Of a DNA stretch of 32,000 nt, positions 9,601 through 18,501 are shown in pieces. Source of the stretch: Phnomibacter sp. (GTDB lineage Bacteria > Bacteroidota > Bacteroidia > Chitinophagales > Chitinophagaceae); NCBI GenBank assembly GCA_035456005.1, contig DATIEA010000012.1, positions 486,643 through 518,642 on the forward strand, given 5' to 3'. Under the pieces are notes generated by a model. It searched no databases. It saw only the letters and a list, made by a program, of their open reading frames with translations, and had not been told where the DNA came from. Position numbers and translations under genes: made by a program. The number at the start of each line of letters is the position of its first letter. The first letter of the stretch is position 1.

Positions 9601-10049
9601 TAGGGATCGTGCAGGTCTACCCAGTACCCCATTTTGCGGGTAATATCATCCCACTTGTCTTTGAAGCGCAGCACCGCTTCGCGGCACTTTTTATTGTACT
9701 CTTCTACTGTAATGGTTTTGCCAATATCTTCTTTGGTAATGCCTAGTTCTTTTTCTACGCCCAGCTCAATAGGCAAACCATGGGTATCCCATCCACCCTT
9801 GCGGTTTACCTGGAAGCCCTGCATGGTTTTGTAGCGGCATACCAGGTCTTTAATGGTGCGGCTAATAACATGGTGAATGCCCGGCATACCGTTGGCACTG
9901 GGTGGGCCTTCATAAAAAACAAAGGGAGTAGCGCCTTCACGCAGGCTCACACTTTTTTCAAAAGCCTGCTCCAGCGTCCATTTGGCCAGTATTTCCTGTT
10001 CGATAGCGGGGAGGTTCAATCCTCCAAATTCTTTATACAACGCCGACAT
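6663..10049 (-). CDS. ileS: isoleucine--tRNA ligase (type 2, long form)
   Basis: The protein carries the HIGH-region PGIHHVISR and KMSKS-region KMSKRLGN, with full-length class Ia synthetase similarity. The ORF-track start at 10055 is TTG. I chose the ATG at 10049 (MSALYKEFGGLNLP...). Confidence 0.97.
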   Translation of the reverse strand: MSALYKEFGGLNLPAIEQEILAKWTLEQAFEKSVSLREGATPFVFYEGPPSANGMPGIHHVISRTIKDLVCRYKTMQGFQVNRKGGWDTHGLPIELGVEKELGITKEDIGKTITVEEYNKKCREAVLRFKDKWDDITRKMGYWVDLHDPYITFQNNYIESLWWLLRKMYDRGLLYQSVSIQPYSPAAGTGLSSHELNQPGTYKDVKDTSATVMFRAVQNEQSKFLHDAVHGAEVFFMAWTTTPWTLPSNLGLTVGPNIDYVLVKTYNPYTHLPVNVVLAKELVHKYLKAENENGDFAAYEAKIAAGENVKEGAPWTIVTSCKGSQLERCQYEQLLPYEANSVEEIERLTPGAQPFRVIGGDFVTTEDGTGIVHTSPAFGADDYKVGKRYNIGILTMVDREGKFVEGMGEFSGRYVKNYKDEKDYVDVNVDISVKLKLENRAFKVEKYEHSYPHCWRTDKPILYYPLDAWFIRTTALKDRMVELNKTIRWKPESTGTGRFGNWLENMVDWNLSRSRFWGTPLPIWRTEDGTEEVCIGSIAELDGMIHADSPVQKVTDLHKPQVDDIILKSPSGQPMKRVPDLIDVWFDSGAMPYAQWHFPFENKEIFAKNYPADFIAEGVDQTRGWFYTLHAIGSLIKEDIEAELKAAGLPTTQVDGRAYKTVVSNGLVLDKNGNKMSKRLGNVVDPFKTIETYGADATRWYLVTNASPWDNLKFDLSGIQEVQRKFFGTLYNTYQFFILYANVDGFAFKENYIPLADRPEIDRWILSSLQTLVKKVNEAMDDYEPTQAGRLMEEFVDEHLSNWYVRLCRRRFWKGEYEQDKIAAYQTLYECLETLTRLVAPISPFFSDAVFRQLNEVTGRFEEESVHHVAFPQADLSVIDLALEERMQLAQDATSLVLSLRKKVNIKVRQPLQKVLIPVLNPAMKAQVEQVEDLLKAEVNVKEIEYLTETEGFINKKVKANFALLGKKLGPNMKAVSAALSGFSQHQIAELEKNGQVQVEANGLSIDIQLAEVEISADDIPGWSVASKGSLTVALDITLTDDLRQEGDARELVNRLQNIRKESGFELTDRILVQWSGSENIAESFDRFKPYICSEILADSLIYVPTMTEGIEIEVNDVQLKVNVSKKP

Positions 10050-10070
10050 GTCCAATTTTTAAAATGGCAG

Positions 10071-10078
10071 CAAAGGTA
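10071..10078 (-). promoter_or_regulatory. candidate Bacteroidota -7 promoter box (TACCTTTG) for ileS
   Basis: This is an exact TAnnTTTG match on the minus strand, ending 21 nt upstream of the ileS ATG. There is no clear -33 TTTG. Confidence 0.3.
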
Positions 10079-10176
10079 AGGATTGCAGGCGTTGAGCAGG
10101 GCTACCCGATTTTGAAAAAACCCGGGGATAGAATCGGGCCAAAAGCTGAGTGAAAAAACGGGGAGAGCACTCATCC

Positions 10177-10207
10177 GAAATAAATAAGGCTGCCCAAAAG
10201 GGCAGCC
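10177..10207 (-). terminator. intrinsic terminator of the 68-aa gene
   Basis: In the minus sense the sequence is GGCTGCCC-TTTT-GGGCAGCC followed by TTATTTATTTC. The 8-bp GC-rich stem lies 53 nt after the stop codon. Confidence 0.8.
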
Positions 10208-10259
10208 TCCAATACAGTTAAACTGTGTAGGTATCTGGCAAGCAAACGTATCTCTATAA

Positions 10260-10466
10260 TTAGAAACCTTGTTTTGCTACGCCATCTTTAATAGCCTGTA
10301 ATGCTTTTGCTTCGCTCAGCAAGGCAGTCATTTTATTTCCTTTGCCATCATTACCCTGAGCCATGTAACCACCCTTTGCAGTTTTAGTAACTACTGCATC
10401 CTGCATGGGTACGTTTTTTTCCTTGGTCTTTAAGCAATAGGCTGTAAGCATTTTCGATTTGTCCAT
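10260..10466 (-). CDS. small conserved-looking hypothetical protein (68 aa, Lys/Gly-rich)
   Basis: The gene has an ATG start, its own terminator and no overlap with neighbours. The sequence is MDKSKMLTAYCLKTKEKNVPMQDAVVTKTAKGGYMAQGNDGKGNKMTALLSEAKALQAIKDGVAKQGF. Confidence 0.5.
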   Translation of the reverse strand: MDKSKMLTAYCLKTKEKNVPMQDAVVTKTAKGGYMAQGNDGKGNKMTALLSEAKALQAIKDGVAKQGF

Positions 10467-10722
10467 AATTCGGCTTTTTTGAGGTAGAATAATATCCTAA
10501 AGGAAGAGTTTTCTTTCCAACAATCAAAAGTTAGGCCAGATAGGGTGAATAACTTGTGAGATAAGGCACAAGCTCCGACCGGCTATTTTTGCTTGTCACC
10601 TCTTAACAACTTGCCAATTTTGCCCTATAAATCCGACTCCGGCGACTAAAAACTGCCCGTAAAAGCCCTGTTGATTTTGGCAAATCCTACCCCTTTTCTA
10701 CCTTTCAGAACACCCCAAAAAC

Positions 10723-11514
10723 ATGGATAATCCCTCCCCGGTTTCATCACTGGTTCGCCAGGCTTTGCCCACCGATTGCATGCAGCTTGTATCGTTTGTA
10801 CAGCAGCATGGAGCAGGCATATTACAGGTTAGCCCGCTTTTCCTGTTACATCATTGCAGTACTACTTGGGTGTATGTTCAGCCCAATACACAGGCCATTG
10901 TAGGACTGCTCATGAGCTGGCAATCGCCTGAGCAGTATAGCACCGCCATTATTGAAGGCATTGTGGCACACCCCGATGCCGATCGTACACAAATGGCGGG
11001 CTGCCTGCTGCAAACGGCTATTGATCATTGGACCAATGCCTGCCTTCGCAACCTTACAGCGCCTGCCTATCCGCCCAACCATTGGCTCTTTAATACGTTT
11101 GCGCAAGCTGGTTTTGTAGCCCGGCCACATGGGCATATCATGCTTTCGAATAAAGTGCTGGCGCAAGAAAAAATTTGCCTGCACCGAAAAAAAATGCGCC
11201 CCAGCATGAACTCGGCCAATGGGCAGGTAAACGAAGAAACCCTGTTCGAATATTTCCAGGATGGCAATGCCATTTGGGGCACCTACTCAGGCGGCGAAGT
11301 AGTACGCGGGGTGTTGATAGGTCAAATGAATGCCAACAGGGATATACGTTTCCAATATTTTCAAATAGATAAGGAAGGCCAGTTTTACCAGGGGCGTTCC
11401 AAATCGTCCACCGAGTTTTTAAACGATGGCCGTATTGCACTATATGAAGACTGGGAATGGACCGCTAATAAAAAAGGCAACGGCAATTCCATCATCGAAG
11501 AAATAAAGGAATAG
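10723..11514 (+). CDS. two-domain protein: degenerate GNAT-like N-terminal half fused to a ~100-aa domain of the family often annotated n-acetylglutamate synthase
   Basis: From memory, the C-terminal half resembles stand-alone ~100-aa proteins of that family (NSANGQVNEETLFEYFQDGNAIWGTYSGGEVVRGVLIG...RFQYFQIDKEGQFYQGRSKSSTEFLNDGRIALYEDWEWT...GNSIIEEI). The N-terminal half has GNAT-like spacing but a poor acetyl-CoA (Q/RxxGxG/A) motif. Confidence 0.55.
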   Translation: MDNPSPVSSLVRQALPTDCMQLVSFVQQHGAGILQVSPLFLLHHCSTTWVYVQPNTQAIVGLLMSWQSPEQYSTAIIEGIVAHPDADRTQMAGCLLQTAIDHWTNACLRNLTAPAYPPNHWLFNTFAQAGFVARPHGHIMLSNKVLAQEKICLHRKKMRPSMNSANGQVNEETLFEYFQDGNAIWGTYSGGEVVRGVLIGQMNANRDIRFQYFQIDKEGQFYQGRSKSSTEFLNDGRIALYEDWEWTANKKGNGNSIIEEIKE

Positions 11515-11526
11515 CAATGCTTTTTC

Positions 11527-11910
11527 CTATCTACATTTTGGCAAGTCTTTCCACCCATTGGAGGGCAAATCCTTTAAAGTCAAACAAGCAGGGACTCTTG
11601 TTTCAACATACATAAATTTTCGTGGATTATTCGGCAGCACTTTCAAATACACTAAACTCTCCTTATTGAGAAACTCATTTGGCATGCTCGAAAACTTGGT
11701 GTGATAAACCCTGTTATTGAACACATAATTTAAAGAGTAATCGGTGCCATTCTTCGCTTGCACCCGTTGGGTTATTTTAGCAATAACAAAAACTCCAGAC
11801 TCATCTATTTCCCTAGTAGTATATTTATCCAAAAGGAACAACGACAAGCCTAAAACAAGTGCGCAAAGTAGAATAGCAATCCCATTTTTTTTATCAGAAG
11901 CCTGCGCCAT
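11527..11910 (-). CDS. membrane-anchored hypothetical protein (DUF3592-like pattern)
   Basis: There is one N-terminal TM segment (GIAILLCALVLGLSLFLL) followed by a beta-rich domain. I counted about 38-40 % GC in two 60-nt samples. The ORF-track start at 11937 is TTG, and I chose the ATG at 11910. Confidence 0.45.
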   Translation of the reverse strand: MAQASDKKNGIAILLCALVLGLSLFLLDKYTTREIDESGVFVIAKITQRVQAKNGTDYSLNYVFNNRVYHTKFSSMPNEFLNKESLVYLKVLPNNPRKFMYVETRVPACLTLKDLPSNGWKDLPKCR

Positions 11911-12000
11911 CTCTAATTGTTTTTTTACCCTGATCAAGAATTACTTCATAGGCATTTATTCCACTAGCACTCATTCCAACTCCTTCAAGCACAACACCTG

Positions 12001-12046
12001 TTTCCCCGCCGTGTCTCCGGCCCAAAGCGGGACACTGCAGGGAAGG
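12001..12046. repeat. bulged hairpin element, copy X
   Basis: Within TTTCCCCGCCGTGTCTCC-GGCCCAAAGC-GGGACACTGCAGGGAA, the core GTGTC(T)CC pairs with GGGACAC and leaves one T bulged. It is homologous to copy Y at 12522-12559. Confidence 0.6.
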
Positions 12047-12058
12047 AAAACTCAATTA

Positions 12059-12463
12059 CTATTTGAACAACCTTATCAAATTCTCAAAAGAATCAAAGCC
12101 CCCTATCCGTTCCTTCCAAGGTGTACCGTCATACAAAGGGGCAAATATTTTGGGGTGTTTGCTGACACGGGAAAGGATTTTATTTTTCAATTCGTCCAAT
12201 GTTATTTGCCCTCTTTTATCTAAAGTAATATCGAACTCTTGAATGGGTTGTAGATATTGAATACATTTCGAAAAACTTGCACGCCCCTTCAGTTTTGAAC
12301 CAATTAAAACATAAACAATCCCATCCGAATCAATCAGTTCTAAGTCTTTGTAGAACTTCTGTCCTTTTGATGTATAGCACAATTCATCACTCGTATATAC
12401 GTGCATATGAGAATCCTCAGTAGTAAATCCCATTACTGGATAATGCAAAGTAACATTTATCAT
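12059..12463 (-). CDS. hypothetical cytoplasmic protein (134 aa), orphan
   Basis: This is a clean ATG-to-TAG ORF with about 38 % GC in two 60-nt samples I counted. I recognise no family motif. Confidence 0.45.
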   Translation of the reverse strand: MINVTLHYPVMGFTTEDSHMHVYTSDELCYTSKGQKFYKDLELIDSDGIVYVLIGSKLKGRASFSKCIQYLQPIQEFDITLDKRGQITLDELKNKILSRVSKHPKIFAPLYDGTPWKERIGGFDSFENLIRLFK

Positions 12464-12521
12464 AGTGAGTTATTCGTCTAATAAATGTGTTGTAGTTGAT
12501 GTCGCAGCAAACTTTTCTTCC

Positions 12522-12559
12522 CGGCACAGTCTCCCGACCACAAGAAGGGGACTGTGCCG
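12522..12559. repeat. bulged hairpin element, copy Y
   Basis: The sequence is CGGCACAGTC(T)CCC-GACCACAAGAA-GGGGACTGTGCCG. It forms 13 bp with a single bulged T, sharing the GTC-T-CC/GGGAC core and a similar loop with copy X. Confidence 0.6.
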
Positions 12560-12649
12560 ATGCCCCCATATGGCCAACCTAAAGTTAGGAATCATTCGTT
12601 GGTGAAATTTTTTACTCCCAACGTATTTCGTTTCTCACGAAACGAGGGA

Positions 12650-12692
12650 GAGAAAAAAATCCCACTGCATTTTTAAAAATGCAGTGGGATTT
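12650..12692 (-). terminator. intrinsic terminator of gyrB
   Basis: Perfect 18-nt palindrome arms AAATCCCACTGCATTTTT/AAAAATGCAGTGGGATTT lie at 12657-12692. In the minus sense they are followed by a T7 run (+ strand A-run 12653-12659), about 30 nt after the gyrB stop codon. Confidence 0.85.
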
Positions 12693-12721
12693 ATCATTTA
12701 AAAAGCTGAACGCCTTCTTAG

Positions 12722-14965
<2,244 letters not shown>

Positions 14966-15121
14966 TCAACTTCCCTTTGCCACCCCGGACCTCGTTAGTG
15001 TTCCAACGGGTGTTTTAAGATTGGCGGCCAACATCGCCCCTTCCCGGTACTCTTTCTTTGTTTGGAGCCCTGTACTATCTTAGGCTCCGGCCAATTTTTT
15101 TAAAGAAATGACAGTTTCATG

Positions 15122-15135
15122 TTTGTACATACAAA
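15122..15135. promoter_or_regulatory. inverted repeat TTTGTA-ca-TACAAA upstream of the AraC-family gene
   Basis: The 6-bp arms with a 2-bp spacer end 23 nt upstream of the ATG at 15159. This is a possible operator. Confidence 0.25.
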
Positions 15136-15158
15136 TTATTTACCCGTAATTTCGCTTT

Positions 15159-16103
15159 ATGCAGGAATCATTATCCATATTGGTTGAATCAGTTCAGCGT
15201 GACCTGATGGCCGATCAACTTAGATTGTTGGCCCGGCAGGAAAAAAGCATCCCCAACTCGGTAGTGTACGATATGCGCCGCTTTGTAAAACAGCCCGGCT
15301 GGCAGGTGGAGGATATCGGCATGATGGAGTACAACTATATTTCTCCCGGTCACCCAGAAAATGCCCTGGAACTGAAGTTTTGCCTGGCTGGCAGGGCTTA
15401 TTGCGACGAGGATGAATGCGAAGAAGGCGTGGTTTGTAAAAAAACAGGCCTCGACAATTGCAAAGAAGAAGTAGATACTGTTGATGTGTACTCATTCCGG
15501 TTTACCAGCACTTACCTCCACCAGTTTGTAAGTACCAAATCGGCCATCAGCGAAGCAGAACGCTATCTCAACTTCGAGCACAAGCAAACCTCAGCACATA
15601 TTATCCCGCTCTGCAATAAAAACAGGGTTATACTCGGAAGCCTCTTCAATCACCGCTATACCGGTTCGCTCGAAAATATTTACCTCAACAGCCAGATCCA
15701 GTTTTTGCTGGTGTACAGCATGGATTGCTTATTTGGCGAAGGCGACCGCGACAAAGTGTACCAATGCAAATTTTTGGAAGACGAGCGTGGCCGCGAAGCC
15801 ATTGCCAAAGCCCGTGAGTTGCTGCTGAAACATATTGGCGACCCCATTACCATCAAGGAACTGGCCCGCAAAGTAGCTACCAATGAATGCTACCTGAAAA
15901 AGGGTTTCAAAGAAATGTTTGGCACCACCATTTTCGATTTTTACCAAAGCCAGCGCATGGAGCACGCCAAGTACCTGTTGTACGACAAGGGCCTGAGCGT
16001 AACCGACGTGAGTGCACTGTTAGGCTACTCCTCCATTTCGCATTTTAGTACAGCTTTTAAAAAGCATACAGGTATTAAACCCTGCGACCTGCTGAACAGA
16101 TAA
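15159..16103 (+). CDS. AraC/XylS-family transcriptional regulator
   Basis: The C-terminal ~100 aa form a double HTH (ITIKELARKVATNECYLKKGFKEMFGTTIFDFYQSQRMEHAKYLL...VTDVSALLGYSSISHFSTAFKKHTGIKP). The N-terminal sensor domain contains an acidic Cys-rich stretch. Confidence 0.9.
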   Translation: MQESLSILVESVQRDLMADQLRLLARQEKSIPNSVVYDMRRFVKQPGWQVEDIGMMEYNYISPGHPENALELKFCLAGRAYCDEDECEEGVVCKKTGLDNCKEEVDTVDVYSFRFTSTYLHQFVSTKSAISEAERYLNFEHKQTSAHIIPLCNKNRVILGSLFNHRYTGSLENIYLNSQIQFLLVYSMDCLFGEGDRDKVYQCKFLEDERGREAIAKARELLLKHIGDPITIKELARKVATNECYLKKGFKEMFGTTIFDFYQSQRMEHAKYLLYDKGLSVTDVSALLGYSSISHFSTAFKKHTGIKPCDLLNR

Positions 16104-16125
16104 GCTTTGAATCTTACTATACAGG

Positions 16126-16153
16126 AACCCGGCTAATGGCCGGGTTTTTCTTT
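16126..16153 (+). terminator. intrinsic terminator of the AraC-family gene
   Basis: The sequence is AACCCGGC-TAATG-GCCGGGTT followed by TTTCTTTG. The perfect 8-bp stem starts 23 nt after the stop codon. Confidence 0.8.
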
Positions 16154-16175
16154 GTGCCTATCCCTATTAAAATAT

Positions 16176-16205
16176 TTTGCTTGACACAAATGTTTTTTAT
16201 ATTTG
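16176..16205 (+). promoter_or_regulatory. candidate Bacteroidota promoter of the TonB-dependent receptor gene (-33 TTTG, -7 TATATTTG)
   Basis: TTTG at 16176-16179 and TATATTTG at 16198-16205 are separated by 18 nt. The -7 box ends 30 nt before the ATG. Confidence 0.45.
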
Positions 16206-16235
16206 TTTAAATAAATTTTTAGGCAAGCCTAAATA

Positions 16236-18467
16236 ATGAAACTACTCACACTCTTTTTTTGGTGTTTGGTTTACCCCTTTTTGGGTAGCTCAGCAGACTC
16301 CCTGGCGATACGGGTGCTGGAAGCCAACACGCACAAACCCATTTCACAGGCCAGTGTACGGCAGGGACAAGCTTTTTTCGTTACCAACGATGATGGCCAG
16401 ATTTCCCTGCCCTGCACACCCGGCCAGCATATCGTCATCAGCGCAGTAGGGTTTCAAAACATACATGTAGTGTCGCCATCCAATTGCACCCCGGTGGTTT
16501 GCCAAATGCAAGCTACCAGCAAACAATTGGAAGATGTAGTGGTGAGTGGTACACTCAAACCCATGCGCAGGCTCGATAGCCCCATACCGGTTGAGAGTTA
16601 TTCGCAGGCATTTTTGAAGCTAAACCCCACACCATCCCTTTTTGAAGGGCTGGCATTGATCAATGGCATACAATCGCAGCTTACCTGCAACGTGTGCAAC
16701 ACCGGCGAAATACGCATCAATGGTATGGAAGGACCTTATACCATGGTACTCATAGACGGCATGCCAATTGTAAGCAGCCTGAGTACAGTGTACGGACTGA
16801 GTGGCATACCCAACAGCATTATCAAAAGAATTGAAATAGTGAAAGGCCCGGCTAGTACCCTGTATGGCAGCGAAGCCGTGGGTGGTCTTATCAACATTAT
16901 TACCAAAGATCCACTGACTGCTTCCCGTTTTTCGGCCGACGTCAACGCCACTACGTTGGGCGAACTAAACCTGGATCTCTCTGCTAAATTCAACCTCAAA
17001 AAACTTACCGGCTTATTAGGCATCAATGGGTTTTGGTTCAATACGCCCATCGATATCAACCACGACAATTTTACCGACCAAACCCTGCAGAAAAGGATCT
17101 CGGTTTTTAATAAATGGGATTGGAACCGCCGCCATCAACTGCCGGTAACCCTTGCCGTGCGCCTGCTGGCCGAGCGCCGCTGGGGTGGCGAAATGCAATG
17201 GAACAGGATTTTTTTGGGAGGCGATAGCTTATACGCCGAAAGCATTGATACCAAACGTGCCGAGCTGATTGGCGTGTATGGGTTGCATAAAAACTTATTG
17301 CTGGAATACAGCTACAATTTTCACGAGCAGGATAGTTACTATGGCACCACCCGCTTTGCAGCCACACAGCACACTGCATTTGGCCAACTGAGATGGAATA
17401 AGACTGTTGGTAAACACCAACTCCTGGCGGGTGTGCCTTTTCGCTATGTATGGTACGACGACAATACCACGGGCACTGCAAAAGCCGATGGCAACCAGCC
17501 CAATATTCAAACCATGAAAGCAGTGTATGTACAGGATGAAATGGCATGGACATCAACTTTCACCACTTTACTGGGCTTGCGATACGAACACACCAATATG
17601 CATGGAGGTATACTAGTGCCAAGGATCGCATTGAAATGGCAACCGGAAGAGCATCATACCCTTCGACTGAGTGCAGGCAATGGTTTTCGCATTGTGAATC
17701 TTTTTACCGAAGATCATGCTGCATTGAGCGGCTTTCGTGAAGTGGTGATTAAGGAAGATCTGCAACCCGAAAAAAGCTGGAATATTAACCTGAATTATAG
17801 TGGCGATGTGCACTTGCACAACGGTGTATTCGGTTGGGATGTATCGGCCTTCTACACCCGGTTTACCAACAAGATCATTCCTGACTACGACACCGATCCT
17901 AACAAAATTATTTACGATAACCTGAAAGGCTATGCCATCAGCCAGGGTGTGTCGGCATCTACCAACATCACTTTACAAAATGGATGGAAAGCTATAGCCG
18001 GCTTTACGTTGATGGATGTGTATGCCATAGATAACGATGTAAAAAAAGAACAGATCTATGCGCCCAACTGGAGCGGCAATTATTCACTCAGCTATTCGTT
18101 TCGCAAGGCCAAACTCACACTGGACCTAACCGGAAAATGGACAGGGCCAATGCGATTGCCCATTGTACCCAACGATACAAGACCAGCCTACAGTCCCTGG
18201 TATAATTTAATGAACCTGCAAGCCACCAAAACATGGGGCCATGGCATCGAAACCTATGTATCTGTAAAAAACCTGCTGAACTTTATACCGCAAAATCCCA
18301 TACTTCACCCCGATGATCCATTTGACAAGCCCGGTGGAAAATATTGGAATACCGATGGCACTGCCAATGCCATCACCAACCCCAATGGGTTAACTTTCGA
18401 CCCAACTTATAACTATGCACCTATGCAAGGCATCAAGCTACTGCTAGGTTTGCGATATAGTTTGTAA
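16236..18467 (+). CDS. TonB-dependent outer-membrane receptor with N-terminal carboxypeptidase-regulatory-like domain
   Basis: The protein has a signal peptide (MKLLTLFFWCLVYPFLGSSA), a plug domain (IEIVKGPASTLYGSEAVGGLINIITKDP) and a long beta-barrel with the GFRIVNLFTE and DLQPEKSWN boxes. The substrate cannot be read from the sequence. Confidence 0.9.
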   Translation: MKLLTLFFWCLVYPFLGSSADSLAIRVLEANTHKPISQASVRQGQAFFVTNDDGQISLPCTPGQHIVISAVGFQNIHVVSPSNCTPVVCQMQATSKQLEDVVVSGTLKPMRRLDSPIPVESYSQAFLKLNPTPSLFEGLALINGIQSQLTCNVCNTGEIRINGMEGPYTMVLIDGMPIVSSLSTVYGLSGIPNSIIKRIEIVKGPASTLYGSEAVGGLINIITKDPLTASRFSADVNATTLGELNLDLSAKFNLKKLTGLLGINGFWFNTPIDINHDNFTDQTLQKRISVFNKWDWNRRHQLPVTLAVRLLAERRWGGEMQWNRIFLGGDSLYAESIDTKRAELIGVYGLHKNLLLEYSYNFHEQDSYYGTTRFAATQHTAFGQLRWNKTVGKHQLLAGVPFRYVWYDDNTTGTAKADGNQPNIQTMKAVYVQDEMAWTSTFTTLLGLRYEHTNMHGGILVPRIALKWQPEEHHTLRLSAGNGFRIVNLFTEDHAALSGFREVVIKEDLQPEKSWNINLNYSGDVHLHNGVFGWDVSAFYTRFTNKIIPDYDTDPNKIIYDNLKGYAISQGVSASTNITLQNGWKAIAGFTLMDVYAIDNDVKKEQIYAPNWSGNYSLSYSFRKAKLTLDLTGKWTGPMRLPIVPNDTRPAYSPWYNLMNLQATKTWGHGIETYVSVKNLLNFIPQNPILHPDDPFDKPGGKYWNTDGTANAITNPNGLTFDPTYNYAPMQGIKLLLGLRYSL

Positions 18468-18501
18468 TAACCCGCCGACCATTGAGGCCAACCTTAGGGC
18501 A

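Noticed and set aside
12001-12600. Integron-like gene cassette, with hairpins X and Y acting as attC sites around the 134-aa gene.
   Set aside because: Canonical attC sites read RYYYAAC...GTTRRRY. Copy X reads GTTTCC...GGAAAAC, the opposite arrangement. The AACTTT/AAAGTT words flanking copy Y do not fit the R''/R' consensus. There is no integrase or attI in the window, and no third site follows the second gene.
15064-15101. A hairpin GGAGCC-N13-GGCTCC followed by a T7 run on the + strand, as the terminator of an unannotated small RNA in the gyrB/AraC intergenic region.
   Set aside because: The stem is only 6 bp, the loop is 13 nt, and the T-run starts 6 nt after the stem. I found no upstream promoter box or conserved-looking structure. 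I keep it only as a weak possibility.
16104-16235. A cobalamin or other riboswitch upstream of the TonB-dependent receptor gene, and the sigma-70-like TTGACA at 16181-16186.
   Set aside because: The 132-nt gap is filled by the AraC-gene terminator and an AT-rich promoter. It is too short for a riboswitch aptamer, and no B12-box-like sequence is present. TTGACA lies only 11 nt from the TATATT box, which is the wrong spacing for a sigma-70 promoter.
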